Counted from the first letter of the stretch, positions 1-9,869 are shown. The stretch: DNA of 64,000 nt from Candidatus Cloacimonadales bacterium (GCA_963667035.1 OY762964.1:480001-544000), one strand, 5' to 3'. Made by a program: numbers and translations. Notes: generated by a model not told the origin, from the sequence alone.

Positions 1-2156
1 CCATTTTCATTGGTCAAAATAATTCTTGTAATTCCTGTATGAGGTGGATTTCCCGTATAACCTTCTAATGATATATTTCCATTAATAAAATTAAGGACCT
101 TAATGGTTCTTATATAGCATTTATAGTTTGGGGCTGTTACAGTCAAAGTAATCGGACTATTTGTTTCAGGAGTAAATGTAAAGGTAATGCTACCATTAAC
201 ATCTGTTTTGCCATATTGATACACATCATCTTCACTTTTTAAACAAACTAGTGCATCAAACACACCAGTCTCGACTGTTATTGAATTCTCAATGTTAATT
301 CCAATATTACTATTGGATATATTCACTATAAAGTCTTGTGGATCTTCCGTTAGCAATGGAAGTTCAGGATCTCCCAACAGGTTATGAGAGTACATTAACC
401 AAGAGTATGAGTTAAATGAATCAGGAAGCATATTTTTTGAATAATTAAAACATGCTCCTAAATGAAACGATTGATTATCTGAGTTCTGCATAAACAGACA
501 TTGGTAGAAATCTTTTATCAAAGTTAATGAAGAACCTAAGTCGGCTGTAACTTGAAAACCATTCCCCCAGCCATAGCGAGAACTCCCTATATAAGCTACT
601 GCACCACCATTTTCTCTACGTGTAAAGCCTTCTCCTAAACTTAATTGGCTACTATCAAAACTATTTGTATTACATGCAGTTGTTGCTATGATACCTTGAG
701 TTGAACTATTTGATAGAGATGATAATGTTTCTGTGTCAAAATAATCACCAGATTCCATTACCCATAAGTTTGTACTTCCATGCGTGCACATTACCATAAA
801 TCCATATCCTGTGTTAATTCTATCCTTAACATGGTTTTCTGTTACATCATAACTTGCACCTTCAAAGCTAGTATCGCTATCATACAATTTGTCATGAGTT
901 CCACTCGACCAATAAGGGGATATGTAATTATTCCACATATTCTCTAAACGCCAATAAGCATCACTATTAATAGGATATCCCCAACTATGCCAACATTCAA
1001 TACCACTCATAAGCATTTCTGTAGCAAAATTACTACTTGGAGGATACTGTTCATAATTAACAGTTTTATTAACAAATGAATCAACTGTTGCATCTGTAAC
1101 AGAAGCTCTTCCTATGTAAACTTCTGGTCCTAAATCAATATTATCTGTTGTCTCTCCGCATATTCCATTATTATTGGCATCCCAATTGAATGAAAGGTCA
1201 AAACAGGAATAAAAAAGGTCTGCAGGGATAGTAGCATCTGCACAACTACCGCATTCTGCATAACAATCTTGGTCTGGTATTACATCAATATCTCCTCCTA
1301 GTAGAAACCATGTTGTCCCTTTGTTTAGGTAATAGTCATGTATGCAATTCTTAATCTTAAGCTGATTTGTTGCTCCTGGGAAATTAGAGTATATGAATTC
1401 GGTAGTAATAATTTCTGCTGGAACTCCTTTCTGAGTTTTCCAATCAGCTAATACTTCAAAATTATCAGAAAGTTCATTATTAGTCAGTATTAAATAACTA
1501 ACATCGTTGGGATTAGAGGGGGATCTGTTAGTGCAAGTACTAACATCATTAGGATTTACCACGATTCTCTTAAGCTCTTCTCCAAAGGAGCCATCATCCC
1601 AGTTCAGTGAGGTAGCATTTTTAAAATCAGAATACTCAATATCAATCTTGATATTTGTCACTATCCAAAGCTCTTTACTTGCCGGATAGTAAATAAATGG
1701 AGATTGGAGAAATGAGAGATATTTATAACATCTTATAATAGTAGAAGACGTATATGTACAATTCTTTTCCGGGAACATTTTTTGAGAATTATAAATCAAA
1801 GGATTAGGTTCTACTTTGACAATGTCTTTTTTACTAATTGATGTAGGGTACTCATTTTGAGCCTGAGCTATTGTAATATCTTTATCTACCAATTCCAAAT
1901 CATAACTTACATCTATACCAGTAAATTCAGCACCAATTGGGACGGAGTACCTTATTTGTTTATATGGCAAATTAGGAGAGCCTGCTTCACCTGAGTATAC
2001 ATAATCGAAATTGCTTCTAGGTTGAATCTGAGTACCATCTTCTGTCTCTAAAAATTCAAAGTTTTCTACTTGATAATTTAATGTGATTGAAGCTTTTGTT
2101 GCGGATAGCAAAGAAATAGCAACAAGTAACATCCATGTGATAACTCTACTTTTCAT
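1..2156 (-). CDS. Peptidase C25 (gingipain-like) cysteine protease with propeptide; 3' part runs off the window start
   Basis: Not in the ORF track because it is open-ended. ATG at 2156 with GGAGG RBS; signal peptide MKSRVITWMLLVAISLLSA; propeptide GSPNLP; C25 motifs YLILTNNEL..LADWKTQKGV, WFLLGGDIDVIP, EVYIGR, MCTHGS (His), TTACNT (Cys), HNLLGDPEL. Confidence 0.88.
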   Translation of the reverse strand, partial: MKSRVITWMLLVAISLLSATKASITLNYQVENFEFLETEDGTQIQPRSNFDYVYSGEAGSPNLPYKQIRYSVPIGAEFTGIDVSYDLELVDKDITIAQAQNEYPTSISKKDIVKVEPNPLIYNSQKMFPEKNCTYTSSTIIRCYKYLSFLQSPFIYYPASKELWIVTNIKIDIEYSDFKNATSLNWDDGSFGEELKRIVVNPNDVSTCTNRSPSNPNDVSYLILTNNELSDNFEVLADWKTQKGVPAEIITTEFIYSNFPGATNQLKIKNCIHDYYLNKGTTWFLLGGDIDVIPDQDCYAECGSCADATIPADLFYSCFDLSFNWDANNNGICGETTDNIDLGPEVYIGRASVTDATVDSFVNKTVNYEQYPPSSNFATEMLMSGIECWHSWGYPINSDAYWRLENMWNNYISPYWSSGTHDKLYDSDTSFEGASYDVTENHVKDRINTGYGFMVMCTHGSTNLWVMESGDYFDTETLSSLSNSSTQGIIATTACNTNSFDSSQLSLGEGFTRRENGGAVAYIGSSRYGWGNGFQVTADLGSSLTLIKDFYQCLFMQNSDNQSFHLGACFNYSKNMLPDSFNSYSWLMYSHNLLGDPELPLLTEDPQDFIVNISNSNIGINIENSITVETGVFDALVCLKSEDDVYQYGKTDVNGSITFTFTPETNSPITLTVTAPNYKCYIRTIKVLNFINGNISLEGYTGNPPHTGITRIILTNEN

Positions 2157-2474
2157 ACTTCCTCCAATAATAAATGCATTTGTGTCATTTTATTGTTTGC
2201 ACAACATCAAGTTGTCTTCCCAGTTCTCTTTCCTTTAGAATTGCTTATAGAGATAATTGTTTAATTATATTTTAATAAGTCAAGATATTTAAAAATCTAC
2301 TAGAAATGTAAATAGCATTTTATGAATATGTAGTTACATGCATACTAATAACTCAAAGAGCTATATTATGTCAGTATATTTAGCATACTTAGTCATAGCA
2401 TTAACTTGTGAGAGTTGCAGTATAATACAGAATGATTTTCTTCAGAGAGTGCTTACTCAGTGAGCTATTTATAT

Positions 2475-2543
2475 CTATTTGACAACCATCATCTTTCCAA
2501 TCGCTTCTTTACCTTCACAGCTAACTTTATAGAAGTATATCCC
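2475..2543 (-). pseudogene. Orphan 3' tail of a secreted-protein gene (GIYFYKVSCEGKEAIGKMMVVK*)
   Basis: Near-identical in DNA and protein to the last 22 codons of 19817..22243 and 22437..24869; homology stops at about 2545. Confidence 0.85.
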
Positions 2544-2792
2544 GAAGGCTAGAGATCTATGTATTATATTAAAGTCCATTTTAAGTAATTCAAGAATCAT
2601 CAGTTCAAATAGAGGAATAGGGAGTTACTTATCTCCCGGATTATAAATTGATTTTGGTTTGAAATCTTTAACGTAGATTTTTGTATTATTTTTATTATTA
2701 GATTTCATAGTATTCATTAGTTAAGTATCTGAAAGTAGATTGTAGATACACCTCTTAAATTATAAAAATAGCTCTTGTATGGGATTCATATT

Positions 2793-2835
2793 CCTGCTTC
2801 TTACGCCTCATGAGATACTCGTTAGCTTCCCGTTA
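2793..2835. repeat. Dispersed 43-bp repeat, copy 1 (copy 2 at 43470..43512)
   Basis: cctgcttcttacgcctcatgagatactcgttagcttcccgtta vs cctgctccttacttctcatgagatactcgttagtttcccgtta, 39/43 identical. Confidence 0.85.
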
Positions 2836-3013
2836 CAGGAGATGGAAAATAGATAAGTACAGTATGGGGTCTAGATTGACTATGAATTATTATTATGATA
2901 CAGCAATATAATTGCAAATAAAAAGGCAGATTATCTTGATAATCAGCCTCAGACTGTTGACAAAAACATTCTAATTTACATGGATATATTGTTGAAAGTC
3001 ATTTTTCTTCATT

Positions 3014-4486
3014 CTAACTGAGTCCAAACCCAAACATGCGAGATTTTGCTCTATTTTCGTGTAAATTGGAGTTGAAAATCATGTAATTGATGATAAATTT
3101 TGCTATTAATTTCCCTAATTTACCTTTGAAAAGGTATTTTACGAGTTTCTTGATATTTTGCACAATAGCTGTTAGATAAGCTTGTTCTCGAACTCGCTCT
3201 ATTCCTCGATATTTTGCATATCGGTAGCCATGAAGTTGCTTTGCATTGGCAAAGCTTCTCTCAATGGTTTCTTTTCTCCTCTTGTATATCTCTTTCCCAC
3301 ATAATGTTAACCTATTCTTGTGGATTATCTCTTTGCTCTCTTCCCAGACATGACGAGTGATTACTTTTTGAGAAGACTTACTTTCTGTACATTTACTTAG
3401 CATTGGACAATTCTTGCATTCACTAGGATTCGACTTGTATTCTTTATAGCCATCACGGCTCGTTGTTCTATAATTTAACTCTTTATTACATGGACAAAGG
3501 TAAACATCCTTCCGGGAATTATATGTAAATTTGTTCTTTTTAAATAGACCTTTCTTACCTCCCTGTCTTTTGTAGCCAAGGACTCCCATAATATTCATAT
3601 CTACCAGTTGCTTACAAATGCTAATTGTATCATATCCTGCATCAAGCCCTGCTGCCTGAACATTAAAACCATAAACCTTTTGTTGGAACTGTAACCTGTC
3701 AATATAGCAGGTGCCATCATTTACATTGCCGGGAGTAATGTGAACATCGGTTATATAGTTCGTTTTATGGTCGACTGTCCTATGATCTAAGTAGAAGAAG
3801 CCTTGAGGCTTTCTATCACGGGTCATAAAGCCACTATCGGGATCTGTTGTGCTAGACTTGATATTTTTTACTTTAGGTGATGCTCCTCCTTTACGATTGT
3901 TATCCTTAGGAGGTAAAGGTTTCTTACCATGAGCCTTCCGATCTTCATCAACGCTTGTGTTAAGATCTTCCAAGTAACTCTTGGAGGATACCTCAACTTC
4001 AATATCCTCGAATTTACCTTTATTAGCATTTGCCTTTAGATGGGTTGAGTCGCTATAAAGTATCTTCCCATCAACTAATCCATGTTTAATGCCTAACTTC
4101 ACTATATCTATAAAAATCTCTTCGAATACGCTGCTATCATTAAATCGCCTTCTACGATTTTGACTGAAGACTGAGTGATGAGGTACTTTATCAGTTAGTC
4201 CAAAGCCTAAGAACCAACGATAAGCCACATTGACCTCTATCTCTTTGACCAATTGTCTTTCCGAGCGAATACCGAATAGATAGCCAATAAAAAGCATTTT
4301 GAAAAGAGTAATAGGATGAATTGGAGGACGATCGGTAGTAGAACAATACAAATGCGCTGTTCTATCTAAAATGAATGAAAAATCTATTACGCTATCGATT
4401 TTCCTTAGTATGTGATCTACCGGTACTAAATCATCTATTATTACAAACTCCATTTGGGACTGTGTGTCAGAAACTTTTTTAAGCAT
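3014..4486 (-). CDS. IS1182-family DDE transposase
   Basis: Motifs LFGIRSER, YSDSTHLKANANK, STTDPDSG, LDAGY, CPC..C..CP...C Zn-like insert, IERSFANAKQLHG; ATG 4486 has a GAGG RBS (ORF track starts at GTG 4492). Confidence 0.95.
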   Translation of the reverse strand: MLKKVSDTQSQMEFVIIDDLVPVDHILRKIDSVIDFSFILDRTAHLYCSTTDRPPIHPITLFKMLFIGYLFGIRSERQLVKEIEVNVAYRWFLGFGLTDKVPHHSVFSQNRRRRFNDSSVFEEIFIDIVKLGIKHGLVDGKILYSDSTHLKANANKGKFEDIEVEVSSKSYLEDLNTSVDEDRKAHGKKPLPPKDNNRKGGASPKVKNIKSSTTDPDSGFMTRDRKPQGFFYLDHRTVDHKTNYITDVHITPGNVNDGTCYIDRLQFQQKVYGFNVQAAGLDAGYDTISICKQLVDMNIMGVLGYKRQGGKKGLFKKNKFTYNSRKDVYLCPCNKELNYRTTSRDGYKEYKSNPSECKNCPMLSKCTESKSSQKVITRHVWEESKEIIHKNRLTLCGKEIYKRRKETIERSFANAKQLHGYRYAKYRGIERVREQAYLTAIVQNIKKLVKYLFKGKLGKLIAKFIINYMIFNSNLHENRAKSRMFGFGLS

Positions 4487-4562
4487 AACCACCTCTAATT
4501 ATGATGGTTTAAGTATAATATTTGGAGAAATCTGTCAATGATTGATGTTCTTATTTTAAGCT

Positions 4563-4603
4563 AAAAAAAGACAAAGCTATGAAATATTACTCATAGCTTT
4601 GTC
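4563..4603 (-). terminator. Intrinsic terminator inside the IS end upstream of the transposase
   Basis: 13-bp stem GACAAAGCTATGA/TCATAGCTTTGTC followed by 7 U on the minus strand. Confidence 0.75.
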
Positions 4604-4612
4604 AGCAGTCTG

Positions 4613-4638
4613 AGGCAGATTATCAAGATAATCTGCCT
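4613..4638 (-). terminator. valS terminator hairpin, the IS target (second copy with U-tail at 2920..2949)
   Basis: AGGCAGATTATC-AA-GATAATCTGCCT 21 bp after the valS stop; the U-tail is now on the far side of the IS. Confidence 0.75.
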
Positions 4639-4659
4639 TAGTTGTTTAATCTTTATGTA

Positions 4660-7305
4660 TTAGTTTAAGCCGTCGAGGAGCTCTTTGGTTTTATCAAACT
4701 TCTCCTTAACTTCATCATACTTAGCTTTCTCTTTTTCTACAACCTCAGGTTTAGCATTACTCAAGAACTTCTCGTTGCTGAGTTTTCTTGTAATACCGCT
4801 CAACTCTTTTTCAAGTTTATCCAATTGCTTTTGGATTTTAGCTTTTTCAGCATCCATGTCGATTAATCCTTCCAAAGCAAGATAGAGAGTTGTTGAGCCT
4901 ACAACAGCTGCAATTGCACCTTTAGGTTTCTTAGCAACGAATACAATATCTGTAACTTTTGCAAGCTTATTCAAATAACCATTATACTCTTTATAAAGGG
5001 ATTCAACTGAAGAGTCATCAGTTAAAACGGTTATACTTACTTCTAGTCCGGGACTCAAATTTACTTGTTTCCTCAAATTTCTGATAGCAGTGATAGATTC
5101 TTGAATGAAGCTCATATCAGCAGATATTTTACTATCAATCATAGCATCATCAGCTATAGGGAATTGAGCAATGATAAGAGCTTCTTCGCTGTTAGGAAGT
5201 TGAGTCTTAATTCCCTGCCATACTTCCTCTGTAATGAATGGCATGATAGGATGAAGCATACGCATCGATTTCTGCATAACATCGAGAAGCATATATTTGG
5301 CAGTTAACTGACCAACTTTATCCTCTGCATTATAGATTCTGTCCTTTGTCAATTCCAGATACCATGAGCAGAACTCATTCCAGATGAAATGCATCAATGT
5401 AGAAGCCGCATCATTAAAACGAAGAGTTTCATAGTAGTCTCTAACCTCTTTAGCAACTTCATTCATTCGGCTATAAATCCATTTATCGGCAAGTTCCGGA
5501 CGAAGCTCAGTTTCGCTAGGTAATCCTTCTATTTGCTCAGCATTCATCATAATATATCTGTATGCATTCCAAATTTTATTAGCAAAATTTCTGCCATTCT
5601 CTAAGAGAGAATCCGAATAATAACTGTCTGCACCTTTAGGAGTATTAAAGATAATACCGAACCTAAGAGCATCAGCACCAACTTTCTCAATTATATCTAT
5701 AGGATCCGGTGAGTTACCAAGAGATTTACTCATCTTACGACCAATCTCATCTCTGACAATACCATGTAGATATACAGTATCAAATGGTATGGTACCTCTG
5801 AATTCAAGAGTTGACATAATCATTCTGGCAACCCAGAGATAGATAATTTCATGACCTGTAACAAGTAAGTTTGTAGGAAGAAAGTAGTTTAGCTCTTCTG
5901 TTTCTTCCGGCCAACCCATAGTCGAGAAGGGCCATAACCAACTTGAGAACCAAGTATCAAGAACGTCTTCATCTTGTCTGAATGAACCATGTCCGCATTT
6001 TGGACATTCAGTAGGAGTATCAACCGATACAACAAGTTCACCGCATTCTTCACAATAATAAGCGGGAATTCTATGCCCCCACCAGATTTGACGTGAGATA
6101 CACCAATCTCTTATATTGTTCATCCAGTGCATATATACTTTAGTCCAACGCTCAGGTTGGAATTTAATTTCACCTGATTCAACCTTTGCTATTGCTTCCT
6201 TTGCAAGAGGTTCCATCTTAACAAACCATTGGTCGGAAAGATATGGCTCAATAACCGTTTCACATCTGTAACAATGCCCAACAGAATGTACATGAGTGTC
6301 TATCTTTTCAAGCAGACCTTCATCTTCCATCATCTTAACCAGTTTCTTACGGCATTCATATCTATCGAGTCCGGCAAAGTCTTTGCCTGCCGTTTCATTC
6401 ATAACACCATGCTCATCTATAACGAGAATACGTTCAAGATTATGCCTGTTACCAACTTCAAAGTCATTAGGATCATGTGCGGGAGTAATCTTAACACATC
6501 CGGTTCCAAATTCCATATCAACGTAACTATCGGCAACAACAGGAATTTCACGACCTGTGAAAGGTAGAATTACATTCTTACCAATGAGGTCAGTATAACG
6601 CTCATCTTTCGGATTAACAGCAACAGCCGTATCACCAAGCATTGTTTCAGGACGAGTAGTTGCAATAACTACATATCCTTTGCCGTCAACACGTGGATAA
6701 CGGAAATGCCAAAGTCTTCCTTCTTCATCTTCATGGTCAACTTCGTCATTAGCAAGAGCTGTTACACAGCGAGGACACCAGTTGATTATATATTTACCTT
6801 TGTAAACTAAACCTTTCTCATATAAGTGAACAAATACTTCCCGAACTGCTTTTGACAAACCTTCGTCCATAGTAAAGCGTTCACGAGTCCAATCGCATGA
6901 AGCACCAAGCTGTTTGAGCTGTTCAATAATTCTTCCACCCTTCTCTTCTTTCCAAGCCCAAATACGCTTAACAAGCTCTTCACGCCCAATCTCATGACGC
7001 GTGAGATTCTCTTTTGCAAGTTGCTTCTCTACAACATTCTGGGTAGCAATACCGGCATGGTCAACTCCCGGAATCCAGAGAGTTGGAATACCGTTCATTC
7101 TCTTAAATCGAATGATAGTATCTTGCAAAGTATTGTTAAGTACATGTCCCATGTGTAGAATACCGGTTACGTTTGGTGGTGGTATTAAGATAGTAAAAGG
7201 CTCTTTGTCCTTATCAATAGTAGGGGAGAAGTACCCTTTATCATTCCAATGCTTATACCATTTCTTCTCAATTTGATTCGGCTCATAAGTTTTGTTAATA
7301 TCCAT
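4660..7305 (-). CDS. valS: Valine--tRNA ligase
   Basis: PPPNVTGILHMGH (HIGH), KMSKS, DWCISRQIWWGH, C-terminal coiled coil. Confidence 0.99.
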   Translation of the reverse strand: MDINKTYEPNQIEKKWYKHWNDKGYFSPTIDKDKEPFTILIPPPNVTGILHMGHVLNNTLQDTIIRFKRMNGIPTLWIPGVDHAGIATQNVVEKQLAKENLTRHEIGREELVKRIWAWKEEKGGRIIEQLKQLGASCDWTRERFTMDEGLSKAVREVFVHLYEKGLVYKGKYIINWCPRCVTALANDEVDHEDEEGRLWHFRYPRVDGKGYVVIATTRPETMLGDTAVAVNPKDERYTDLIGKNVILPFTGREIPVVADSYVDMEFGTGCVKITPAHDPNDFEVGNRHNLERILVIDEHGVMNETAGKDFAGLDRYECRKKLVKMMEDEGLLEKIDTHVHSVGHCYRCETVIEPYLSDQWFVKMEPLAKEAIAKVESGEIKFQPERWTKVYMHWMNNIRDWCISRQIWWGHRIPAYYCEECGELVVSVDTPTECPKCGHGSFRQDEDVLDTWFSSWLWPFSTMGWPEETEELNYFLPTNLLVTGHEIIYLWVARMIMSTLEFRGTIPFDTVYLHGIVRDEIGRKMSKSLGNSPDPIDIIEKVGADALRFGIIFNTPKGADSYYSDSLLENGRNFANKIWNAYRYIMMNAEQIEGLPSETELRPELADKWIYSRMNEVAKEVRDYYETLRFNDAASTLMHFIWNEFCSWYLELTKDRIYNAEDKVGQLTAKYMLLDVMQKSMRMLHPIMPFITEEVWQGIKTQLPNSEEALIIAQFPIADDAMIDSKISADMSFIQESITAIRNLRKQVNLSPGLEVSITVLTDDSSVESLYKEYNGYLNKLAKVTDIVFVAKKPKGAIAAVVGSTTLYLALEGLIDMDAEKAKIQKQLDKLEKELSGITRKLSNEKFLSNAKPEVVEKEKAKYDEVKEKFDKTKELLDGLN

Positions 7306-7412
7306 TTATAAAATCCTCTATATATTCTTAACTATTATTTTGGTGAATTAGTAGGCTATAAACGCTTCAATTTAGATTGTAATCTAATAACGATAATGTG
7401 GCTGTCTATAGA

Positions 7413-7976
7413 CTATTGGTTATTGTCTATGCAGTATGCTTTGTATGGCAAACCACGTCTTTCCAATTCTTTATCCAAAAACTCTTTCTGAGTTTCAAAA
7501 GCGACAGGAATCAGATTAGACAAAGGGACGAACCGGGCATCGATAGCATCATCACCGGCCCTTAATTCACCTCCTGTAATACGCATACAAAAACATAATG
7601 AAAGCACCTTGTGATAGAAAGGGTTATCACCAATAGTATAACCGACAAAATGGTCTACTTCCCCTATGAGACCTGTTTCTTCCAACATCTCATCAACAAC
7701 GGCGGTTTCGGGAGTTTGATAAATCTCCATATATCCGCTAGGAAGTGCCCATTCTCCTGCCGCAGGTGGAAGTCCTCTTTTAATCATAACAACCTCGTCC
7801 TTATCGTTGATAATCATAGCTGCAACGACAGGAACAGGATTACGATAGCATGTCCATCCGCATTCGGGGCATATTGCTCTGAGCTTATTCTCAGAGTCCT
7901 TTTTGAGTTCCATTCCTGCACCGCATCGCTGACAGAAATTGACTCCTTCATAGTGCTTTTTTGTTATTAAATCCAT
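7413..7976 (-). CDS. NUDIX hydrolase with N-terminal zinc ribbon
   Basis: FCQRCG..CPECGW, Nudix-box variant GYMEIYQTPETAVVDEMLEETG; start uncertain (ATG 7976 vs TTG 8012). Confidence 0.88.
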   Translation of the reverse strand: MDLITKKHYEGVNFCQRCGAGMELKKDSENKLRAICPECGWTCYRNPVPVVAAMIINDKDEVVMIKRGLPPAAGEWALPSGYMEIYQTPETAVVDEMLEETGLIGEVDHFVGYTIGDNPFYHKVLSLCFCMRITGGELRAGDDAIDARFVPLSNLIPVAFETQKEFLDKELERRGLPYKAYCIDNNQ

Positions 7977-8048
7977 AATAGTAACAAATTTAGGATGCGG
8001 GGATAATGTCAAGGATTATGGGATGGATAGTATAAAGGTGTTTGTAGT

Positions 8049-8363
8049 TTAGACAATTCCTAAAGATTCTAAAAGCAAATGAATATCTGAAAATGGTAGC
8101 CTGCAATCTTTATCCTTAACTCCTACTTTTATCTTTTTTTCTCTTGTTTTTGTAGCCCTCTTCGAATTACTTGCAACGTTATTAACTATAGGTTTCAAAT
8201 GTTAATATAGATCAAACTTAGGGTTACCATTCTTGTAGTTTGGAATATGGTTTCTTAAAAGATTAACCATTTCATCACACTTGCATACTTCTCATGAAAC
8301 TAACTCATAATGAAATAACACCCATGTCTCAAAGCATGGGAATGACTGTATAACATGAATATT
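8049..8363 (-). pseudogene. RloB-like protein fragment with two in-frame stops
   Basis: Manual translation NIHVIQSFPCFETWVLFHYELVS*EVCK...NHIPNYKNG...DLY*HLK...PFSDIHLLLESLGIV*; S.PCFE.W..LH[FY]-like RloB signature; no start codon. Confidence 0.7.
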
Positions 8364-8385
8364 CTAATTTACTGTGGAGAATAAT

Positions 8386-8652
8386 CTACTTTGTATGGAT
8401 TTGATTGAAAACAAAATTACCAAGAAAAATAGATTTGATAGAACCATCCATAATCATCATTAAAATAACTAGTTTTATTACAATCAATATTGCATATAAG
8501 AATTTATGGCGGCGTGGAACGAAGAATGAGAATGCTATGACTAATGGGATAACTCCCAAGAGGTAAACTGAAATAAGCATCAGTAATATTTCACCTGCAA
8601 AGCGAAGGTTAATTTCTCGATTATCCTCCTTATCCTTATTAAATCTACGCAT
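8386..8652 (-). CDS. Small membrane protein, unknown function
   Basis: 88 aa, two hydrophobic segments, AGGAGG RBS. Confidence 0.7.
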   Translation of the reverse strand: MRRFNKDKEDNREINLRFAGEILLMLISVYLLGVIPLVIAFSFFVPRRHKFLYAILIVIKLVILMMIMDGSIKSIFLGNFVFNQIHTK

Positions 8653-8769
8653 AAATACCTCCTAATATACCCCGTTCAATAGCAAAAAAAAGAAAAGCTG
8701 ATTAATCATTTTCTTAAGTATATGTTTCGTAGTGTAAATAATATTGTCAAGCTTTTGTAAACATGGCTA

Positions 8770-8799
8770 TTGACATAAACGGATGTTAAAACGTATTAT
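8770..8799 (+). promoter_or_regulatory. Putative sigma70 promoter
   Basis: TTGACA-N18-TATTAT upstream of 8826. Confidence 0.5.
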
Positions 8800-8825
8800 A
8801 TCCGAAAACAACCAAAGGATATATA

Positions 8826-9455
8826 ATGAAAGTCGTAGCCATTAATGGGAGTCCAAAATCGGAAGGGAACACAGCTTATGCCATTACTGTAGTGCTAAAA
8901 GAGTTGGAAAGCAAAGGAATTGAAACAGATGTTATACATATAGGTAATTCAACAGTTAAGGGATGTACCGGATGTGGTATGTGCTCTAAAAACAAGGATG
9001 AGAGATGCATTATTGATGACGATGTAAATATATGGATTCAACAAATGAAGAAAGCTGACGGCTTACTCTTTGCTTCACCTGTTTACTACTCGGGAATAAA
9101 TGGAACAATGAAAGCATTTATGGACAGAGTTTTCTATATAGGGGGAGCTAATGGAGGATTTTTTAGACATAAGGTAGGAGCTTCAATTGTTGCCGTTAGG
9201 AGATCAGGTGGTCTTCCCGCTTTTCAACAACTAAATACTTACCTTAATTATGCTGAAATGATGATACCTTCATCCAATTATTGGAATGTTATATATGGAA
9301 GAGTTCCCGGTGATGCCAGGAAAGATGAAGAAGGTAATCAAATCATGCGAGTACTGGGTCGTAACATGGCATGGCTGATGCAGATGATTGACAGTACCAA
9401 AGACGAAATCCCAAAACCAATTCCCGAAAAGAAGATATACACACATTTCTTATAA
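8826..9455 (+). CDS. Iron-sulfur flavoprotein / NADPH-dependent FMN reductase (flavodoxin-like)
   Basis: INGSPKSEGNT, CTGCGMC...C cluster motif, ASPVYY. Confidence 0.92.
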   Translation: MKVVAINGSPKSEGNTAYAITVVLKELESKGIETDVIHIGNSTVKGCTGCGMCSKNKDERCIIDDDVNIWIQQMKKADGLLFASPVYYSGINGTMKAFMDRVFYIGGANGGFFRHKVGASIVAVRRSGGLPAFQQLNTYLNYAEMMIPSSNYWNVIYGRVPGDARKDEEGNQIMRVLGRNMAWLMQMIDSTKDEIPKPIPEKKIYTHFL

Positions 9456-9474
9456 ACAAGAACAAGGAGATTTA

Positions 9475-9864
9475 ATGGATAAACTTAACAAGACAATGGA
9501 GTCATTGACTTTTGAGTTCTTCGGTAGTTCGGAATATAAAACCGATCCCTCAACTTTTCTTTACGATGATGATTCTGTCCTCGTTGACATTAGATGTAAG
9601 GAAGAAATAGAAACAATTTCACTAAACTTACTTCATCATATTCCCGTTATCAATATACCTCTTAATGAGTTACCTACAAGAATAAATGAATTACCTAAAG
9701 ATAAAAGACTGGGGCTTTTCTGTTCTTCAGGAGTCAGGATTGCAATGGCATTTCTATATTTGAAGACTGTAGGATTTGATAATGTCGTGATGCTTTCAGG
9801 TGGATTGAATGCAATTGTAAATGAGCTTAAGCCGGGGAAGATACATTATAGAATTAACAACTAA
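9475..9864 (+). CDS. Rhodanese-like domain protein
   Basis: LVDIR, FCSSGVR, LSGG; ATG 9475 with AGGAG RBS. Confidence 0.88.
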   Translation: MDKLNKTMESLTFEFFGSSEYKTDPSTFLYDDDSVLVDIRCKEEIETISLNLLHHIPVINIPLNELPTRINELPKDKRLGLFCSSGVRIAMAFLYLKTVGFDNVVMLSGGLNAIVNELKPGKIHYRINN

Positions 9865-9869
9865 TAAGT

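Larger units (their letters stand above)
2950..4612 (-). mobile_element. IS1182-family insertion sequence (1663 bp)
   Basis: 15-bp terminal IRs CAGACTGTTGACAAA (2950..2964) and TTTGTCAGCAGTCTG (4598..4612), one mismatch; encloses a transposase; flanked by copies of a 26-bp hairpin. Confidence 0.92.
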
